A stretch of DNA of 57,038 nt, counting the filler, from Porpidia crustulata (taxonomy: Eukaryota): NCBI GenBank assembly GCA_964255105.1. It is 6 parts of 6 records of this genome, joined end to end, with 100 filler letters (N's around TTAATTAATTAA, not from the genome) between each part and the next. Parts side by side here need not be neighbours in the genome. Positions count along the whole stretch, not along the records: positions 47,629 to 57,038 come from CAXUWE010000951.1; 5 more parts are not named here. One strand, given 5' to 3'. The notes under the pieces were generated by a model that saw only the letters and a list, made by a program, of their open reading frames with translations, had not been told where the DNA came from and made no database searches. Of the stretch, positions 51,410 through 57,038 are shown in pieces. Made by a program: the position numbers and the translations under genes. Position 1 is the first letter of the stretch. The number at the start of each line of letters is the position of its first letter.

Positions 51410-52611
51410 GATTCATGACCCAAATTCACAGTTTAATGCGGCGGTCCATATTGCGCACATGCAGCAGTGATCGGTGGGGACTCGTATGTGACAAGAAGTT
51501 GATAGTGAAAAGGAGGAGACTAGCTTCGAAGGTAAGGCTTGATGGTTGGTTGAATAGCACGATTTGAGAGCAAAACGATGGACTGAAGGGGAAAGGTTGA
51601 AAGGAAGGGTTGACGGCGTAGTTCGTCTGGGGTCCTCAGAACTCCCGTTGATCTCTCATTTTGCTAGTAGTAGTATCTAGTGAGTGTGAGTGTGTACGGA
51701 AGCACCCCGTAGTGGACGTGAACTATGAAACCAGCCTTTTTTGCTGGCGACGCCTAACTGAGAGAGGTTAAATGGAGACTCTAAGCTCTATGCCTAAGGT
51801 AGCCATCCAGCCATCCACCTATCGCGCAAACCATCCGGCGGCTGCAGGTATTCGAAACCAACCACAAACCTCCACCCCCTCCATCTCATTGCTACCCCTA
51901 TGACCCAGGGGCTCCAGGGTGTGTCAGATCTCAAATATTGCTTGATGCGACGTCAGAATCAACCTCTCACGCTTAAGACCTCAAGAGCATAGCCGTCCAC
52001 TGGAGTAGGCATTCTTCGAACCCTACGTGTAGCAGTTTGCTCCTCGTGACCCTACGACAATAGTCTATGGAGTAAGAGACCCTAGCCGTCGATAATCAAT
52101 TCTTGAAATAATCTTGGCATTTAAAGATTTTAATCTCCTATCCCTGCCAAATCCACCAAGTCGAGCGATATCATACTAGATGAACAAAAATAGGATTACT
52201 TCAATCTCGAAGTCGATGATCAGTCGACCACCTACCAATAGGATCAGACGTATTGGGCACTGATCGCTCTATCGCACCTACCTTGAATACTAGAAAGGAG
52301 TCAAGGGCCTTACAAAGTTTGTCATGGTATTTTGTATCATTCCCACCATTGATCGGCAGACTACATAGCCGCGACTGCGCCAATATCCATCTCCTCTGAA
52401 TCTCCAGGATATGACCTGGAAGGCCGGATCAGCGGTCCTGTGCTGGCGACAACGCAGCCAAGAAGCGCAGCGTTCTGCATATCTGCAACTCTATCCAAGC
52501 GTCTAGCTCGTCTATTTCGGTGCCTTTTCGGTGCCTATTTGATGGCGTAGGTGGTTGCAGAATGCAGACCGTGACAAGGCAATTATGTCGTTATGTCGTT
52601 GTGTCGTCCAC

Positions 52612-55600
52612 TTACCCCATCAGCTCGAGCTTTATTTTCCGCTTTCCTGTAGACTCCTCTTTCACGTCACTGATCTTGACCATCACCTTTTGAAATAATT
52701 CCACTTCCAGTTTTCTGCTGCCAGAGATCCTTAGGGTATATTCCTCAGCATCGAACACCCCTTCCGGTTCCGGTGTAGCCAACTCACGCAGCCGAATTAA
52801 GCCTTCGATACCAAATCTTGGCACAAATACCACGAATCCATTAGAGAAGACTTTCATGACGAATCCGTCTTCCTCAATTACTCGCCCCTTTAGTGCTTGG
52901 CCTACATAATACTCTATGCTCGCTCGTCCTGCCATCTGTGCATTTCGGTGTCTGACGTTGATGTTCTTACACACATCTTCCAACTTCGCCTTGCTTAGCA
53001 GACCCGCATCTAAAGCTTCATATTCGATTGCAGCAGCCAATTGCCTGTGCGCTACCAGATCTGCATATCGCCTGATGGGACTTGTGAAATGTGTGTATAT
53101 TTCACTCGCGAGTCCGTAATGGCGGAACTCAGGGTACGATTGGGTGCCAGAGCAGAAGTACTCGGCAGACATCATGCATCGTGTTGCCATGATACGGACC
53201 AAAGTATTGAGGAATGGCTCATTCGGATCTACACATGTATCAAGCGAGTCAGCCAAAGCTTTAGAGCTCTCGGTCCGGAGCTCGAAGCCACGCTTAATTT
53301 TCAATTGGGTGGCTAGCTCTTCGAAATTACTCTTTGGAGGGGGGGCGTGTCGTCGTAGTAAAGCCGTCTGCGAGAAAGACTCATGGATTTTACCAGCAAC
53401 ACTGATGTTCGCAAGAAGCATGAACTCCTCGACCAAAGAATTGGTGTCTAGTAGTTCTTTGGTTTTAACGTCGACAGGATCCGATGTCTCGGATTCTGTC
53501 TGCACACGCACCTCGGGACTTGCAAGATTCAATGCTCCGGCGTCCATCCGGTTTTGACGAAGCTTTTTTGACAGCATTAAGAGCGTTCGCATTCCCTGGG
53601 TCAGGTCATCCTTCCGGGATTTATCGTCAATACGTATCTGAGCCTGCTCATAGCTAAATGCTTCTCTAGATCTGATTACGGACTTGGTGAACGAAGAGGT
53701 GACAATCTTGGCGTCTTTAGTGATTTCCCAAATCGTTGAGAATGCGTATCGCTCCACATATGGTTTGAGAGAGCAAAGGTCGGTGCCAAGCAGCATCGGT
53801 AGCATATCAATACGCTTGTCAACTAAGTAAACTGTTGTCCCTCTTGTGCTGGCTTCCAAGTCCATTGCGTTGTTGGGCTTGACAAAGTGTGATACATCTG
53901 CAATGTGCACTCCGACTTCGAAATTTCCGTTTGGTAGTCGGCGAGCGTGTAACGCATCGTCAATATCTTGGCAGCCAACAGGGTCAATACTGCAGACTAA
54001 CAGGTCTCTCAAGTCTCTTCGCCCAGTCCAGCCTGGATCATCGGTGCTTGCAGGTACCTTCCAATCATGACCCTCCTTTGGTAAGCAGTCTAAGACTCCT
54101 TTGGGAAATGGTCTGTACTGTACATCGTACTCGAGCAAAAGAGCTTCTGTCTCTGCACCCTTTGTCTCTAGATCACCTAGTGATCTGACCAAGTGGCCAG
54201 TGGGATATCGTGATTCTTGATCCCATGCGTCGATTGTCACCAGTATTCTCTTACCCAGTAGCTCGTCAGCTTGGCGAGTTCGTAAGCGTATCTTGGGAAC
54301 ACGTTTGTCCATAGGAATCAAAAACATCGCCTGCTGTTTCCGGCTTTTCTGAGCTGATGAGACTGAACTACTATCGATGTGTCCTACATATTGACGCCAA
54401 TTCCTTTTGATGACGCCAACGATACGCGCAGTAGGCTGGGGCCTCCCTTCGATGCTCTTCCCTTGCGTCTTTTTGACTTCTTCCTGAAGAGCATGCCGCT
54501 CTTTTTCAGTAACGACACTTTCTCCCTCGTCTATGTCCGGGTTCTCGTTCTTCGTCAATGTTTCCTCATCAATTATTTGGGTCGACGGCGCTTTCCATTG
54601 CAATTTTGGTAAGACCTCAACTACGATTACGTCCCCGTGTACAGCCCTATTACTGTTTTCTCGACCTAGTATGAGCAAAGATTTGTCAAACGTGGGAACA
54701 CGAACAGATCCCTCCAGGTAGTTGTAGGGTGAGACGTTGAAAATGCCTTGATGAAGTGTTCCAGCCCTAATGCCAGTCATCACCTTCGATTGTGAGAAAT
54801 AATCGGGATATAAAGATTCAGTACCAACGCTTCGTGCTTCCTGTACTTGACGAGATACACTGATCATATCAAGGAGGCGATCGCCGTCCTCGAGACCTGA
54901 TACGTACTCACTTAAAGAGCAAGCATCGAGCTTCTCAGCTTTCGCCTTGCGCAGGTTGTCCTTGTCATCACTCAACATGACAATAGATGGGCGTTGTTTT
55001 GATCGTCCGTTACTGTTGGCAGCTTGCTGTAGATGGTTTGCATACCAGCTCACCGCTTTCCGGACAGCTCTATCATTACGGTCGTTGATGGACTCGCCTT
55101 GCTCTCTCACAACGTAAGTCTCTAGTCTGAAATCATTGAAGAATACGTAAAAATGCTTGTCCTCGCTCTTGGTAAGCCCTATCAATCGATTGTAAAGAGG
55201 GAGAGAGCGATTCCTCAGCTCCTCCAACACTGTCTGAAGAATGATTACATCATAAAAGCCAGACGGCTGTTCAAATAAGTCCATGCCGTTGAGAAGCGCA
55301 TTTGTATCAGGTACTAAATAATGTCCTGAGGTAAATAGTCTTGTTGTAGCTGGATTCTCTGATAGAACAAATGGAGATACTAGGACGGTGTCAATTCTGC
55401 GAGGCCCTGAGATAGGGGATACCAGATACCTACCAACTCCATTTGCATCTGCTGGAGCGTTTACCTGACATGTTAAGCAGAGTCTTGACGAACATGGAAT
55501 ATCTTGTCTAAGATACAGCTCTCTGACTATCTTTTGAACTTTTCCGCTTTTTGTAGATCGCACAAATACTTTGCTCGAGATATTTGACGCATGCGGGTCA

Positions 55601-55629
55601 GCAACGAGGGACCGTTTGAGGCTCGTCAT
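52612..55629 (-). CDS. DIS3: Exosome catalytic subunit Dis3/Rrp44
   Basis: CR3 (YLRQDIPCSSRLC), PIN (VPDTN..QTVLEE..NDRNDRA), RNB (SIDPVGCQDIDDALH, HFTSPIRRYAD), S1 domain; in-frame intron 55380-55433. Confidence 0.97.
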   Translation of the reverse strand: MTSLKRSLVADPHASNISSKVFVRSTKSGKVQKIVRELYLRQDIPCSSRLCLTCQVNAPADANGVGRYLVSPISGPRRIDTVLVSPFVLSENPATTRLFTSGHYLVPDTNALLNGMDLFEQPSGFYDVIILQTVLEELRNRSLPLYNRLIGLTKSEDKHFYVFFNDFRLETYVVREQGESINDRNDRAVRKAVSWYANHLQQAANSNGRSKQRPSIVMLSDDKDNLRKAKAEKLDACSLSEYVSGLEDGDRLLDMISVSRQVQEARSVGTESLYPDYFSQSKVMTGIRAGTLHQGIFNVSPYNYLEGSVRVPTFDKSLLILGRENSNRAVHGDVIVVEVLPKLQWKAPSTQIIDEETLTKNENPDIDEGESVVTEKERHALQEEVKKTQGKSIEGRPQPTARIVGVIKRNWRQYVGHIDSSSVSSAQKSRKQQAMFLIPMDKRVPKIRLRTRQADELLGKRILVTIDAWDQESRYPTGHLVRSLGDLETKGAETEALLLEYDVQYRPFPKGVLDCLPKEGHDWKVPASTDDPGWTGRRDLRDLLVCSIDPVGCQDIDDALHARRLPNGNFEVGVHIADVSHFVKPNNAMDLEASTRGTTVYLVDKRIDMLPMLLGTDLCSLKPYVERYAFSTIWEITKDAKIVTSSFTKSVIRSREAFSYEQAQIRIDDKSRKDDLTQGMRTLLMLSKKLRQNRMDAGALNLASPEVRVQTESETSDPVDVKTKELLDTNSLVEEFMLLANISVAGKIHESFSQTALLRRHAPPPKSNFEELATQLKIKRGFELRTESSKALADSLDTCVDPNEPFLNTLVRIMATRCMMSAEYFCSGTQSYPEFRHYGLASEIYTHFTSPIRRYADLVAHRQLAAAIEYEALDAGLLSKAKLEDVCKNINVRHRNAQMAGRASIEYYVGQALKGRVIEEDGFVMKVFSNGFVVFVPRFGIEGLIRLRELATPEPEGVFDAEEYTLRISGSRKLEVELFQKVMVKISDVKEESTGKRKIKLELMG

Positions 55630-56014
55630 GGTGTAAATCTTCTGTGCTATAGCAAACTCCTACTGTGAATCATGAATCTTATGTTGAATGAAGTCGGCAT
55701 TGCAATTGAAAGTAGATGTTGGCGACCTTAATGCTTGGGCCAGTGAGGCAATAAATCGGGTCTATAATCACTGCTATTCAAATTTGTTCGATCAGGAATG
55801 GCAGGACCATGAGTAGAAGAGATGTTCAAAGAAAAGGTTGAACGCTAATATTAAAAGCACGCTCTGATTGGCCGAGCGTACGCAGCCAGCGATATCGCCG
55901 AAAGAAGGAACTATGACGAGCAACATAACCCACTAGCTTCAGACTGTTACCACCTCTACAACATACCCCTAGCCTGCTCATTCGAGATCTTACCAGAATA
56001 TATCAACTGTAAGG

Positions 56015-57038
56015 ATGTCCTTAGACCCGCCAACGTACCTCAACTCATTGCAGAATAATATAAGAGCGAGGCCAATTCCATGGGAGGGAGCCGTTCGTGC
56101 TGGGACTATCACCGATAATGACCTGAAGAAGATCAAGGCAGTGGACAAAGTCAGAAAAGATCAAAGACGCCAGACAGTCGAAGCTGACACCGAGGCCTAC
56201 CAGTCGCTGCTTATTGGAGGAAGTAAAGGGAAGAGTGTGCTTGAGTCCGCTGCGAAAAGGGCAGATGTCATACAGTATATGCTTGTACTGACGGGCGATT
56301 TGATCAATGGTATGATTGCGTTGATATACTTGGTTCATACGAGCCGTATGTAAGCTCACTTAGTTATAGATGTCCCGTCCCTCTCCTCCGTCCTACTCGA
56401 ACACTCAGACCCCTACAAGCCATTCCTTCCTCTCCTGAGCCATTCTACAAACCCCGAGGACCCTATACCCCTCCTCACCTCCTCCGTCCTCACTGCCCTG
56501 ATCTCGAACGCGCAAATCCAATTCCCAAAATCCAACCCCCAAATCGATGATGCTATAGTAAAGCTCTACGAATACCTCTCCACCCTCACCGAATCCCAAG
56601 ACTCCGGCCTACAAGATATTGCCGTCCAAGCCTACTCGTCGCTCCTGCGCACCAAAAAATCGCGCCAATTATTCTGGCATCACCGCACCCAGACTCTCAG
56701 CCCCCTCTTCGCGATTCTTCGCGCAGCTGCCGGTGCTGCAGGCAAGGATTCTGACAGCACCATGTGGTCTGGCGGTGCAAGCATCCGTACCGCCACTGAC
56801 GCCGGCCTCGGCGGCGGCGTGGGGCTACAACTGCTCTACCATGTACTGCTCACAATCTGGCAACTCAGCTTTGAAGGCGCGCTGGTCGGCAAGGGCATCG
56901 AAAAGGAACACGAGCTATTTCCACTCTACTCCACCCTCCTACGCCTGTCCCCCAAGGAAAAGACAACCCGCCTCCTCCTCTCCACTCTCCTCAACCTCCT
57001 CTCCCCAGCCCAGAATCACTCCTATCTCCTCCCCATCG
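56015..57038 (+). CDS. VMA13: V-ATPase V1 subunit H, 3' truncated
   Basis: MSLDPPTYLNSLQNNIRARPIPWEGAVRAG; intron near 56309-56368; GVGLQLLYHVLLTIWQLSFE..SPKEKTTRLLLSTL. Confidence 0.94.

Noticed and set aside
52515..52607. Short tandem duplications (TTTCGGTGCCT x2, TTRTGTCG x3) downstream of DIS3; also CTCTCGGCTA x2 at 21392-21411
   Set aside because: Ordinary slippage repeats without spacers; not CRISPR-like.
1..57038. tRNA, rRNA, intact transposons, CRISPR arrays
   Set aside because: None recognised by eye; tRNAscan-SE, Infernal and RepeatMasker were not run, so small RNAs could have been missed.

Overview
Eukaryotic DNA from a filamentous ascomycete (short GT-AG introns with CTRAC/CTAAT branch sites, Zn2Cys6 factors, PTH11-like receptors). 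It is not one locus. Six contigs (1-9434, 9535-18967, 19068-28489, 28590-38010, 38111-47528, 47629-57038) are joined by identical 100-nt N44-TTAATTAATTAA-N44 spacers in decreasing length order, so adjacency across spacers carries no information. Contig 1: FAD monooxygenase, laccase, PTH11-like receptor. Contig 2: GHKL/sacsin-like ATPase with a C-terminal HExxH motif, head-to-head with TRS120. Contig 3: AKR7-like pseudogene, HhH glycosylase-like fusion, P450, PTH11-like receptor. Contig 4: ATP10, BCKDH E2, BED+Zn2Cys6 factor, UbiA prenyltransferase, and the first exon of an amidohydrolase-type decarboxylase that the ORF track misses. Contig 5: AhpD/CMD protein, transketolase, old yellow enzyme, Zn2Cys6 factor. 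Contig 6: coiled-coil protein, DIS3, VMA13. Best leads: the prenyltransferase/decarboxylase pair (probable edge of a meroterpenoid cluster), the ATPase-metallopeptidase architecture, the HhH fusion with MCB-like promoter motifs, and the AKR with a stop at its catalytic Tyr. Family calls come from motif recognition by eye; no searches were run, and no novel system is proven.
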